From: Azolla caroliniana | Taxonomy: Eukaryota; Plantae; Polypodiophyta | Direction of reading: 5' to 3' | Length of the DNA: 64,000 bases | Assembly (NCBI GenBank): GCA_043228905.1 | Contig: JBHGNT010000018.1 | Coordinates: 16,926,001-16,990,000, forward strand | Part shown: piece by piece, positions 37,075-49,577 of the stretch | Layout: each line of letters opens with the position of its first letter | How positions within the stretch are numbered: position 1 is the first letter of the stretch | Translations under genes and position numbers: made by a program | The notes under the pieces: model-generated | What the model saw: the letters and a program-made list of their open reading frames with translations, nothing else | What the model was told of the DNA's origin: nothing | Databases searched by the model: none

Positions 37075-37545
37075 TGTAAAAGATATTGTGCGGAAGGTAA
37101 GACAAAAAAGATATTATGCGGAAGGTAAGACAAAACTGGCTAGTCTGGAGAATAGCAAAACACATAATCGAGGTTTAATGGAAAACTTGAATACACGAGA
37201 GAGAGAGAGATAGAGAGAGAGAAAAACAGAAACTCAATTAAAAAATAATACTCTATACATACAAATGTCCTACAAAACACTTTTTATACAAGTCCTTTAA
37301 AGGACTGAGAGAAGTATTGTCATGTACTTCAATACTCATACGAGCAATTGACACTAGCTCCAAGGAATATGCCTATGTACTAGGTTCAGACCGTAAGCTC
37401 CAACAGCCTACTGATTCTCACTATTCCAGAGTACGATCCGGTTCTCCGGTCCAGCTCTAGGTTCCATATACTAATCTATCCTGACACCGATCCGGCTCTG
37501 GCTTATTCACCCAATCCAAATCCAATTGAGCTTGCCCGCTCAACA
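37075..37545 (-). repeat. 5' LTR of element N
   Basis: Homologous to 60769-61192 (TGTTGAGCGG... start); adjacent PBS. Confidence 0.85.
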
Positions 37546-37869
37546 GAAACAAATTCACATCATGAATACTCAGATGGGAAGCGCTCTTCCTACGGAGAAG
37601 CTCGACAAGACAAACTTTGCATCTTGGGAATATAAAATGCGTCAATACCTTGCCGAACAAGTTTACTGGACCTATATCAAAGGAGCTCACAAAATGTAAC
37701 CCAACCCAACACACCCTGACTTCCCAACGTGGGAGCAGGCTGCAAGCCATGTGTTGCATTGCCTTGCATCATGCATACGTGATCACATGCTCAGCTATAT
37801 TCGAGAGTTGAAAACGTTGAAAGAAGATTGGGGAAATCTCAAGAATATTTTTGCGGCCAATATGACTGA

Positions 37870-38177
37870 TGTCATGATATGGCAAGACTGGAACCCATGA
37901 CCTTATGTTAGATGGGTTGAGCTCTTGACATTACACTATCTATTGTAATACGTAGAATATTATTTTTATTTAAATTTTATTATAGAAAATAGATTTATAT
38001 TCCAAATTTCTCTGGAACATTCTAGAAGCTTTAGGATTACTCCTAAGAACACTATAAAAGGAGGCACAAGGCATTATTTCGAACCAAATTGGTTCAACGC
38101 CAGTCTTAAGCCTCCTAGCCTTCCTTGGATATTCTTCTCACATAATATATCGTTGTCGTCATCATTTTCTCTCCCTC

Positions 38178-38246
<69 letters not shown>

Positions 38247-38327
38247 TTCTACACCCTCTATTCCTCTTAGTACAAATATTCCTCTCTTAGTACTAATTTC
38301 TTCTCTGCCTCAGTACTATTCCTGACA
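37870..38327 (+). repeat. 5' LTR of chromovirus F, containing a (CT)n tract
   Basis: Direct repeat of 57310-57759; TATAAAA 38053-38059. Confidence 0.92.
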
Positions 38328-38480
38328 GTTTGAGCCGATTTTCCTCCTTCTGTCTCCTCCTTTCCTCCTCTTCCTTTTATCTTCTTACATATCCCCTTTT
38401 TCCTGGTCTTCTTTCTGGTTTCCCTCATCTTCTTACCCCTTTTTTCCCTTCATACTAATCCTCTTATCCTCCCTAGTAAA

Positions 38481-41400
38481 ATGGAAACTATTAGCGCTCA
38501 GGAATACCAATCTGTTTTCTCAGAGCTCTAGTGCTTAAAAGAGAAATTTGTAACACTAGAACAAGAAAATCACCGTTTGTTGGGGGATCTTCAACAAATA
38601 GCACTAGAAAAACAACAACAACATGGGGAGTTGACATTACGTGTACAACAAGGATCAAGCACTCAAGGGATTCACAAAGAACCCAAGATCAATCTTCCTG
38701 CAAAATTTGATGCGACCAGATCACAGTTTAGAGGTTTTCTGAATCAGGTACGTTTAGTGATTCAAATGCATCCTTCTCGATATCCCATCGATGCATCACG
38801 AGTGGGACTAGTAGGCACTCTACTTAGTGGCTCAGTATTGGCATGGTTCGCTCCGTTGTTAGAAAAGGAAACTCCATTACTAAACAATTTTAAAGAATTT
38901 ATAAGTGAGTTTAAAGCTTGTTTTGGAGATACTGACAGCATAAGGACATCAATCAACAAAATCCGACGATTACGCCAAGGTGATCGTCCAGCCTCCGCAT
39001 ACGCTGCAAATTTCGGCCTACTCGCCGACGATATCCCTTGGGATGATCAAGCATTGATGGAGTAATTTCGTTATGGTTTACGCAACGATGTCAAGGATTT
39101 ACTCTTGACCTTCCTCGAAGAGCCAAAGTCATTAACAGATGCAATTAGTCGCGCGGTGAGATGCGGCAACCGCCTTTTCGAACGACGTTCGGAATGGCAA
39201 TTCCAAATGGCGAGGGCAAGATCAAAGACCACCTACGCCTCAGTGGTAGCGAAACCTTTTCTGAGGGAGTCATATAATGCGTTTCCAGTGAATACTCCGA
39301 CTTTGATGGAGATTGACACTACACGTCGTCGCGAACCATTATCGGAAGAAGAAAAGCAGCGACGTCGAGCAAATCGACTATGTCTTTATTGCGGTGGACC
39401 AGGGCATATTGTAGTAAATTGTCCCCATAGGCCAAGAAGACAGGTAAACCAAATAGTTGCTAGTTCTAATTGTACTAAACCCGAGTCTATTTCAGTAGGA
39501 ATATCTGATAGTCCTAAACCCTAAATCCGGTAGGAATATCTGATAGCCCAAATCTAACGAACAAATTTGATGTCCTTACTCAATTAGAAGAAGAGTTAAA
39601 TGACGAAGTCCAGCCAAAATAGGAGCAATTTGGTTGGACAACCCTAGATCTGTGTAGCCCATTAGCAGTTCCATTCCCTCTAAGCAAGTTAGCAATGTGT
39701 TCGTAGCCCAAGTAACAGTTAGTACTAAAAGTACCCCTCCAGTACATGTCTTAGCACTTCTAGATTCCGGAGCTAATTCTTGCCTCATAGATAGGAATTT
39801 TGCCCAAACTCATCAGATATCTCTTAGAAAACTCCCGTGTCCAGCCTCTGTAGTAGTCATTAATGGTCGTCCCATTGATTCCGGAAATATCATAGAAGAG
39901 TCAGAGCCCGTTAATATTGTCCTAGATAATTTAGTGTGTGTAGTATCATTTAATATAATTAGTATCCCAGAACATCCCATTGTTTTAAGATTACCATGGT
40001 TCGAATTACATAACCCAGACATAGATTGGAGAACAAGAGAAATCCGGTATCGACAAGCCCGAGGATCTACTAATAAGATTGCAACCATTTCGATACATCA
40101 GTTGCGGGAAGGACACAAGGAAGAAATGTTTCTCTTCGCAATATCAGTAAAACCCTTCGATACCACTAAAGAGGAGTCCATTGTTCAACTTCCAAAGAAG
40201 TATCATCATTATGCCGATGTGTTTGATAAAGTACAAGCCAATACGCTGTCGTAGTGTATTCCACACACTACGTGAAAACCATAAAATAATATATCCGATT
40301 TTAGATACATATTAATAAATAAATAATATATCAAAATATTTATCACGTGCATAAGGCAGGATTCAAACCCTATACCACCACGTAGCCAAACCTCAACTTT
40401 ACCATTATGCTACCTTATCTTTAGTGTTCTACAAATAGATTTAATAACTATAAATGCTTTATTTGCGCCTACCTTTATTAAAAGGTAAATCATGCATTTT
40501 TAGAGTGCGTGAATATTTTATAGAAAAACGCAAGCAACTAAAAAGTGACTCATGCACATCTAGCGTGCATGAGCACTATATTTAGCAAATAAAAGCAAGG
40601 ATTAGAAAAGCATCACATGCACATTTAGTATGCATGAACATATTAGAAAAAAAAGCATGTAGCTATGCTTAGTCTCTCCCATCACTATATAAGGATGGGG
40701 AGCACATTGTAATATTGTTGATTATTTTTCTATAATGATCAATCAATCTAAAATATTCATGGGATTCACGAATTTGCTAAAATAATTCTCTCTTACTACC
40801 TAAATATTGACTAAATATACTAAACTCGTGGGATTCACAAGATTCTTATCTTATAACTCTTTATACCTATTCTTTACTAGCCTTATTTGTATTTTTCTTC
40901 CTCCTAGTCCAAAACCTCGGCGGTTCCCACCCGACTCACGCAACGATCCGGAGCCGAAAGGCACGACAACGCTTCCTCACCATCGACCGTATGATTGCCC
41001 CATCGATTTACAACTGGGAAAAGAGCGACCATGGGGACCGATCTACAATTTGTCACCAACTGAGCTAGAAGTCCTTCGAGCCTATATAGAGGAGAATTTA
41101 GAAAATGGTTTCATTCGGCATTCGAAATCTGCAGCCGGCGCACCTATTTTCTTCGTCAAGAAAAAGGATGGATCACTTCATCTCGTTGTAGATTACCGTG
41201 GCTTGAATAAGGTCACCATCAGAAATAGGTATGCACTTCCCCTTATCTCAAGTCTTTTAGAATGGATCAATGGTGCAAGGTTCTTCACGAAGATCGACTT
41301 ACGAGGAGCATATAACCTCGTACAGATCCGACCAAGAGATGAATGGAAGACCACGTTTCGCACTAGATATGGGCACTTTGAGTATACGGTCATGCCGTTC

Positions 41401-41660
41401 GGCCTCACTAATGCGCTAGTAGTCTTCCAGCACATGGCAAATGATATATTCCAAGATCTCTTGGATGTTTGTTTGATCATCTATTTGGATGATCTACTAG
41501 TTTATTCGACGTGATGAGCATCATTCTCATGTACTATTAGTACTAAAACGACTTCGAGAACATGGTCTTTAGGAAAAGCTGGAAAAATGTAGTTTCGAGT
41601 GCAACCAGGTGGAATTTTTGCACTATGTCATATCCTTGGAAGGCATCTCCATGGATCATA
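38481..41660 (+). pseudogene. Element F gag-PR-RT remnant (interrupted by H)
   Basis: [48 protein letters not shown]. Confidence 0.93.
40247..40968 (+). repeat. Solo LTR H (Trp-PBS lineage), 4-bp TSD ACGC
   Basis: TGTCGT...ACGACA ends; removal restores the host frame ANT|LPHHR; TATA CTATATAAGG near 40685; homologous to I. Confidence 0.9.
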
Positions 41661-41841
41661 TAAAATAACCGATTGAATAAATATGAAGAAAAAGTTCAAC
41701 AAATATCAAAATTTATATTACATGCCTAGGGCAAGATCCAAACCTTGTACCTCCATGTTAATAATGTGAAGCCTTACCATTACACTAACATATCATTAGT
41801 GTCAAAAAGTAAATGTCTCACATAGAAAGGTAAGTTCACAT

Positions 41842-42114
41842 TGACGGGAACTGGTCGTTCCTTATGCGCAACGCTCGGCCGCAACCGAGCTTAGAATGAT
41901 ACACAAAAAAACGGGAAATAAAACGCGACACAAAGAAGAGACGAGGTACACAGGAGGCTTACATGGAAAACCCCAAACTAGGGGAAAAAACCACGGCAGC
42001 CCACAAGCTGCAAACTATCACTATGATGGAATGTACAACAATGAGTTCATTGAGGCACCGACCTCGCGCTCACAGATCTTCGCCACAGGCGGCGGTTACA
42101 ACAAAGGCAACGAC

Positions 42115-42155
<41 letters not shown>

Positions 42156-45100
42156 CAGTTACGCACACTCTCTATTCTTGCATCAACAAGAATGACAACA
42201 ACAACTCTAAAAGTTTGCCCTAAGTCATATTTATACTAATATGACTTTTCGGCTATTTACAAAATATAGCCTCGATGAACTCTCAGAAACATATCTACGA
42301 ATATGTCTCTTCATCCGGTTTCCACCGGGTCTGCACCATCCGGCTCTCCGTAGCCGGGTACTCCTCATCCGGTTCTCACCGGGCCTACACCATCCGGCTC
42401 TCCGTAGCCGGGTACTCCTCATCCAGTTTCGGCCTCGGCCGAGTTTGTTCATCAGCACTGTTCTTTTCTCTTCCCATCCGGAGGGACCTGTCTCCCAACA
42501 AACTCCCCCTTCACTCCGGCATGGGGTGTCTTACTAGTCCGATCCACTTCCGGCATGCATCGAGCTTGTCGGGTATCAGACCTTTGGTCAGCATATCTGA
42601 CCTGTTCTCAGTCGTGTGAATCTTCGTCAGTGCAAACTCCCGGTCATCTACACTTTCCCGGATCCAGTGATATCTTCGTTGGATATGCTTCGTCCGGGAA
42701 TGGTAGGCCGCATTCTTAGCAAGATGGATGGCACTTTGACTGTCGCAATAGAGCCAGTATTCATCTTGCCGGATACCGAGCTCTCCGATGAAGTCCTTCA
42801 TCCATAAGATTTCCTTGCCAGCTTCCACAACCGCCATGTACTCCGCCTCTATGGTTGACAACGCAACCGTCTTCTGCAGCCTCGACTGCCACGAAACAGC
42901 TCCCCCTGCATATGTCATTACATACCCGGATGTAGATCGGGTGGTATCCACATCAGCCGACAGGTCCGAATCGGTAAAATCGTCAAGTTGAGGTTTTCCG
43001 GAGCCGAATCGGAGACACATATTTGAAGTGCCCTTCAAATACCGGAGTATCCATTTGACAGCGTTCCAGTGCTCCTTGCCGGGATTGCTCATAAACTGGC
43101 TCACCACTCCGACTGCGTATCCTATATCCGGTCAGGTACACACCATTGCGTACATTAAGCTCCCGACGGCAGAGGCATATGGAATCTTCATCATATCCGC
43201 CTTCTCTGCTTTCGTCTTCGGGCTTTGCTTACCGGATAGCCTGTAGTTTTCCGGAAGTGTCGATCCGACCGGTTTCGCTTCTAACATGTTGAACCGGTGA
43301 AGCACCTTTGTCACGTACTTCTCCTGTGACAGCCATAATTGCTTCGTTGACCGGTTCCGGATAATATGCATCCCCAACATCTGTCTTGCCGGACCCAAGT
43401 CTTTCATTGAGAAGGTCCGGTTGAGAGCCTTCTTCAGCATCCGTATTTTGACTTGGTCCCGTCCGACGATCAACATGTCGTCCACGTACAAAAGGAGTAT
43501 CAGGAAGTCGCCTCCTTCGAACTTCTTCACAAACATGCAGTGATCGGCCTGCGTCTTGTGGTACCCTTGATCGGTCATGAAGGAATCGAACTGCCGATAC
43601 CATTGCCGAGGGGCCTGCTTCAACCCGTAGAGGCTCTTCTTCAACCGGCATACCAAGTGCTCCTTCCCTTTCTCCACAAATCCTTTCGGTTGCTGCATGT
43701 AGATCTCCTCTTCGAGGTCGCTGTGAAGGAATGCCGTCTTCACGTCCAGCTGCTCTGCCTCAAGGTCCATGCTTGCCGCTATACTCAGCACCATCCGGAT
43801 GGAGGTCATCTTTACTACTGGGGCAAATATCTCGTCGAAGTACACGCCCTTCTTCTGCTAGAACCCCTTCACCACGATCCTGGCTTTGTATCTCGGGGCT
43901 TGCCGGCATCTCCCGGTTTCAACTTGTACACCTACTTGTTTCGGAGTGCCCGCTTTCCTTTCAGCAACTCCACCAATTCATACGTATGGTTCTCATGCAA
44001 GGAATCCATCTCGTCCTGCATGGCACTTAACCATTTTCGGCTGTGGGTGTCATCCTTCGCTTCCTCGAAGCTTTCCGGCTCTCCCTCATCGGTCAGCAGC
44101 ACATGCTCTGCATCCGGAAATCTCCGGGGGGCCCTTCTCTCTCTAAGAGGATATATCCGTCTTTGGGCTTCGGTAGCTGGCTCCTCCATTTGCTCTTCAT
44201 CCGAATCCGATTCAAGGTCTTGGCCGGTTCCGGTCTCAACTTCCTCTACTTCTTCTTCTGCCAGTTCAGTATCCTCACCGTAACCGACTGGTTCCTCGAG
44301 TGCTAACCGGTCTCTTACCGGTTGGGTCTGCTCATCGTAGAGTCTATCCTTACCAGTCGACTCGGAGTTCATTATCTTCTTCTCCGACTCCCAGTCGGCG
44401 AGCGTCTTGTCCTCCATGAAGATAATATCTCGGCTCCGAAATACCTTCTTGTCGACCGGGTCCCACACTCGGTAGCCGAACTTATCGTCACCGTAACCGA
44501 GGAATATGCATGGCCGGATTTTTGGATCTAACTTTCCTCTCCGGTCCTTAGCTACATGCACGTACACGAGACACCCGAACACCTTCAGATGCCGGTAGGA
44601 CACTTCCTTACCAGTCCATACTCTCTGTGGCGTGTCTTCGTCCAAGGGTACTGAGGGTGATCTGTTTATCACGTAAGTCGCCGTCGACAATGGCTCAGCC
44701 CAAAACTTCTTGGGTAGTTTTGCATGCGCTAGCATACTCCGGACCCTCTCCATTATGGTCCGGTTCATCCTCTCAGCCAATCCGTTTAGTTCCGGCGTCT
44801 TCGGCACGGTAAATTCGAGCCGGATTCCCTTCGAGTGGCAGTACTCCTCGAACTGCCCCCGGTATTCTCCTCCGTTATCTGCTCGAACCGCCTTCAGCTT
44901 CCGTCCGGTTTCTCTTTCCACTCTCGCGTGGAGCTCTTTGAAGACGGATAGCACCTGATCCTTCGTCTTCAGCGGTGTGGCCCACAGCTTCCGGCTATGG
45001 TCCTCTATGAACGTCACAAAGTACTGCGCTCCGGCATGTGACTTGGTGTCTACTTGACACACATCCGTATGCACCAACTCCAGTGGTGCATTACGTCTCA

Positions 45101-47231
45101 TGAGTGGCCTTGGTCGGAAGGAGGTCCGGTTTTGTTTACCGACCAGACAATCAGTGCACTTCTCCAAGTGCACGTTCTTCACTGGAATGAGGTTGTTGTC
45201 TGCAAGCCTCTTCATCCCCTTCTCGCTCATATGACACAGTCTCTTGTGCCACAGCTCACCGGCAGTGTCGGATGCCACGTTCACTTCTTCCAGACATAAC
45301 CGGGGATTCATCAGGTACAGTGTGTTGACCTTCCGGGCCCGAGCCACAATCAGGCTCCCTTTGCTGAACTTCATGACACCGTTCTGGATGCTACCCGTGT
45401 AGCCTTCATCATCTAGCCGACCAGCTAATACCAGGTTCAGACGAACCTCCGGAACGTGTCGGTCATCCTTCAGCAGCAACTTGCATCCGGTTAGTGTTGA
45501 CAACCACACGTCTCCAATGCTGATAATTTGGCATGTACGTTCATTCCCCATCCGGACACAGCCGTGATCACCGGCTGAGTAGGATGAGAAGCATTTTCGG
45601 TCCGGGGTAAGGTGGAACGACGCTCCGGAGTCTACCACCCAGGTCGTCTCGTCGCCGACAAGGTTTATCTCACTCTCCTCGGTGATGAGCATCAACTCTT
45701 CTTCACTTACCGCGATTGCCGTCGTTCCCTTCCGGTCCGGCCCCCTCCGGTCTTTACCGTTCCGGTCCGGGGTCCGCTTCGAATCGGTACCATCGGTTTC
45801 CTTGTCTTTACGGAAATGCCGACAGTTCTTTTGGAAGTGTCCCGGCTTGCCGCAATAGAAGCAAGTGGGCCTCCCCCTTGACTTTGACCTTGTCCCCGAC
45901 TTCTCCCGGTTCTGGAGACTACGGTTTCTCTATCTTCCGCGTTCCGATTCAGTAAGGAGCGCTTTCGAGTCGGAGCTCGTATCTTTATCTTTCCGATGCG
46001 CCTCCTCATCTAGCAAGCTCGACTTTACTCTTGCCAGGGATAACCGTTTTCCTTCCGGCCCGGCGCTGCCCAAAGTGACAACCAACGTCTCCCAGCTATC
46101 CGGGAGGGAACCGAGCAGGAGTAGCGCTAGTACCTCATCGGCGAGAGGTACTTCCAATGAAGTTGCCTGGTGGATCAGCCCCTGGAAGGCATTCATGTGC
46201 TCCGCCATGCTGGAGCCATCTTGGTATCGGAGTCTTACTAGCTTCCGGAATACCGAAACCTGATTAACAGCATTTTTGTTTTGAAACATTATGTCGATCT
46301 TCTCCCAGAGCTCATGAGCCTTGCTCTCTTCATTGAAGTTGTTGTACAGGCTCATGTCGATGAAGCACCGTATGTACGCCGTTGTCTTCATGTGCATCAC
46401 CTCCCATATCGCGGCGTCGATTTTGTCCGGTCTCTTGTCCCCGAACTGAACCGGCAGCCAGAGGTCTTTAACAACGAGCATGTCCCTCATCTTCGACTTC
46501 CACACTGAATAGTTGGAGCCGGTGAGCACATGCCGCAAAACGATTCGTCCATTTTCTGTGTCGATTTCGCTCCGATACCACTTGACGGGAACTGGTCGTT
46601 CCTTATGCGAAACGCTCAGCCGCAACCGAGCTTAGAATGATATACAAAAAAACGGGAAATAAAACGCGACTCAAAGAAGAGACGAGGTACACAGGAGGTT
46701 TACGTGGAAAACCCCAAACTAGGAGAAAAAACCATGGCAGCCCACAGGCTGCAAACTATCACTATGATGGAATGTACAACAATGAGTTCACTGAGGCACC
46801 GACCTCGTGCTCACAGATCTTCGCCACAGGCGGCGGTTACAACAAAGGCAATGACCTCTTTCTCTCTCTCTCTCTCTCTCTCTATACAGTTACGCACACT
46901 CTCTATTCTTGCATCAACAAGAATGACAACAACAACTCTAAAAGTTTGCCCTAAGTCATATTTATACTAATATGACTTTTCGGCTATTTACAAAATATAG
47001 CCTCGATGAACTCTCAGAAACATATCTGCGAATATGTCTCTTCATCCGGTTTCCACCGGGTCTGCACCATCCGGCTCTCCGTAGCCGGGTACTCCTCATC
47101 CGGTTCTCACCGGGCCTACACCATCCGGCTCTCCGTAGCCGGGTACTCCTCATCCAGTTTCGGCCTCGGCCGAGTTTGTTCATCAGCACTGTTCTTTTCT
47201 CTTCCCATCCGGAGGGACCTGTCTCCCAACA
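41842..47231 (-). mobile_element. Full-length Copia element J (few disablements)
   Basis: LTRs 41842-42500 and 46583-47231; TSD CACAT/CACAC; PBS TGGTATCGGAGC 46569-46580; PPT 42501-42514; gag-PR-IN-RT-RH 42511-46560. Confidence 0.96.
42511..46560 (-). pseudogene. Copia J gag-pol polyprotein (stops/frameshifts)
   Basis: ORFs 45930-46625, 43932-45695, 43132-43845 and 42511-43107 carry WVVDSGAS, HTDVC, ADNGGEY and YVDDML. Confidence 0.95.
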
Positions 47232-49577
47232 CACACTAGGATAAACTTTGGGAAAACTCATGATAAAAGAAAAAGCATGTTAGAGAAAGCATATAGTCTA
47301 TTGATAGAAAAAGCATGGAGGGCATAATTAGAGAAAAAGCATGGATTGCCAAGACTCTCTCATCACTATATAAGGATGGGGAGCACAATGTAATAGGGGT
47401 GTGAAAATTTTGGAAATTGGATATATTTCTAAAACACGCCAATTAATAAATTATATTCGTGGGATTCACGAAATAAACTATACTCATGGGATTCATGAGG
47501 TTTCTATATCCTTATCTTTCAATCCAAATTCATATTCTTATCTATATATTGATTAATCAAATTCATTATACTTGTGGGATTCACAAGTTTTCTATATCTC
47601 TTTCTTATAATCTATTTATAGTCTTATTAGCCTTAAAACTCTCCTCTTCCTAGTCCAAAACCCCAGCGGTTCCCACCCGACTCATGCAACAATCCAGCGC
47701 CGAAAGGCACGATACAGTTGGTGAACCCAACGTGACGATGGGTGGCAAGGAGATGGAGAATCAATGAGAGGCGATGACCATGATGATGATGATGTTCATC
47801 ATCGAAGCAAAACGATGTGGCCGAAAGAAAGAACTGGTTGATGATCGACGCGGCAAGGGCAATGTTGGAGGAGAAGAGCATGCCCCATTTCTACTGGGAT
47901 GAGGCGGTCCAGATGACCGTCTACATCCAAAACCGGATCGGTGACAAGGCGTCAGCACATGAGTTGTATTTTGGGTGGATGCCGAATTTGAGACACCTTC
48001 GGATATTCGATAGCATAGCATATGTGCATGTACCGGATGAGAAGCGGAGGAAGTTGGATCCGAAGTCGAAGAAGTGCATCCTAGTCGTTTACTCGCATGA
48101 GCAAAAGGGGTATAAGTGCTATAAGCTCCGGACTAAGCAGGTCCAAGTAAGCCGAGATGTCGAGTTTGATGAGACGGCATCATGGTACTCCCTACCAACC
48201 CCAACTCCTGACGAAGACACGATTCCGGAAGATGAGGCTAGTGAGGCCGAGGAGGTCCAGATAGAAGACGACGAGCTTGAGACTCTAGAAGAGAGTCCGG
48301 ACTCATTTCGGTTGAGCGGACCGAACGAGCGACTTGGTCAAAGTGACCAGTCGGATGAAGAACCAGCGAGTAGTGGAGACTATGTCATGCTCTCCCCGCG
48401 CTAGGAACCGAGGAGACGGTTCTCGCGCAAAGAGAAGGGGAAGAAGAAAATATCGGAATACGAAACTGGCAATGTTGAGTCGGATCAGAATGAATCTTAC
48501 TCCGGAAAGGATGAAGGCAGATCTTCGGGAAGGAAGTCTGAACCGTCCAAGAAGGGCCCCAGACCGGGTGATGACAAGTTACGTCGGTCTTCTCGCTTGA
48601 AGAACCCTGTTACGTGGTACGGGTACAATGAGTACATGGCGCATCACTATGCGTACATGACAAAAGTGGTGGAAGTGCGTGAGCCGGACAGCTATGCAGA
48701 AGTGACAAAGGACACAAATTGGCGTGCCGCTATGGAGGAAGAAATGCGGGCACTCCGGTAGCAAGGGGGTGGCATCTTCACCAAATGGACATGAAAAATG
48801 CGTTTCTTCAAGGTGACCTTGAAGAACGGGTCTATATGATCCAACCTCTCGGATTTCAGTTGGAGATGAACAAGTCGGCGGTGTGCCGGCTTAAGAAGTC
48901 ACTTTATGGTCTGAAACAAGCCCCCCTAGCTTGGAATGCGAAGATCACGCGTAGGTTGCGTAAGATGGGGTTTGTGACCTCTAAATCTGACTCATCGTTG
49001 TTCATCCGGCAAGGTCTGGACGGTCCAGTTTGCATCCTACTTTATGTTGATTATTTAGTCATCACCAGACCCGGACTCAATGAAATCGGTCGAGTAAAGT
49101 CCTAGTTGTCGAACGCATTTGAAATGAAGGACCTAGGGGACCTTCATTATTTTCTTGGGATCGAGGTGATCCAAACCCCCGACGGCATATTGCTCTCACA
49201 ACGACACTATGTGTTGAATATGTTGTACAAGTTTGGCACGACGGAATGCTGACCTATTTCCACACCCTTGGACTGGAACTAGAAGCACCATCCCAACGCC
49301 GGACTAGCCTGCAATGAGAAACAGTTCCGAAAAATTGTCGAAAGCCTGATATACTTGACAATCACCCGACCCGACATCAATTATCCGGTTAGTGTAATCA
49401 GCCAATTCCTGCAGAAGCCAACATTGGAGCACCTTTAGTGCGTGCATCGAATATTGTGGTATGTGATCAACACGAAGGACCGGGGACTGTTATACCAGCA
49501 TGGTATAACTGAAGAGCTAGTTAGATACACAGATGTCGACTGGGCTGGTGATACATTGGATCGCCGATCCACCTCTG

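Larger units (their letters stand above)
31800..37545 (-). mobile_element. Degenerate Copia element N (family A) with 5' LTR and PBS; 3' LTR absent
   Basis: LTR 37075-37545, iMet PBS TGGTATCAGAG 37064-37074, gag LPTEKLNRSNYASWSYKM, IN, RT and RH remnants, WFDVVKGL tail. Confidence 0.92.
41660..47735 (+). repeat. LTR I (H family; left boundary approximate), split by Copia J, followed by tRNA-Trp PBS TGGTGAACCCAACGTGA (47719-47735)
   Basis: Aligns to H (CTATATAAGGATGGGGAGCACA; CGGTTCCCACCCGACTCA...AAAGGCACGA). Confidence 0.85.

Noticed and set aside
37865-37869. TSD for chromovirus F
   Set aside because: The flanks ACTGA and GCTAC do not match, so no TSD is claimed.
40349-40420. Functional tRNA gene
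   Set aside because: A/B boxes are present but I could not fold a convincing acceptor stem or anticodon arm; reported as a tRNA-like module only.
42310-42430. Regularly spaced CATCCGG repeats resembling a CRISPR array
   Set aside because: The spacers are themselves repeated, the array lies inside a Copia LTR present twice, there are no cas genes, and the context is eukaryotic.
43453-44283. 276-aa plus-strand ORF, and many similar antisense ORFs such as 29866-30795 and 12160-12606
   Set aside because: Shadow frames opposite pol sequences; no independent motifs.
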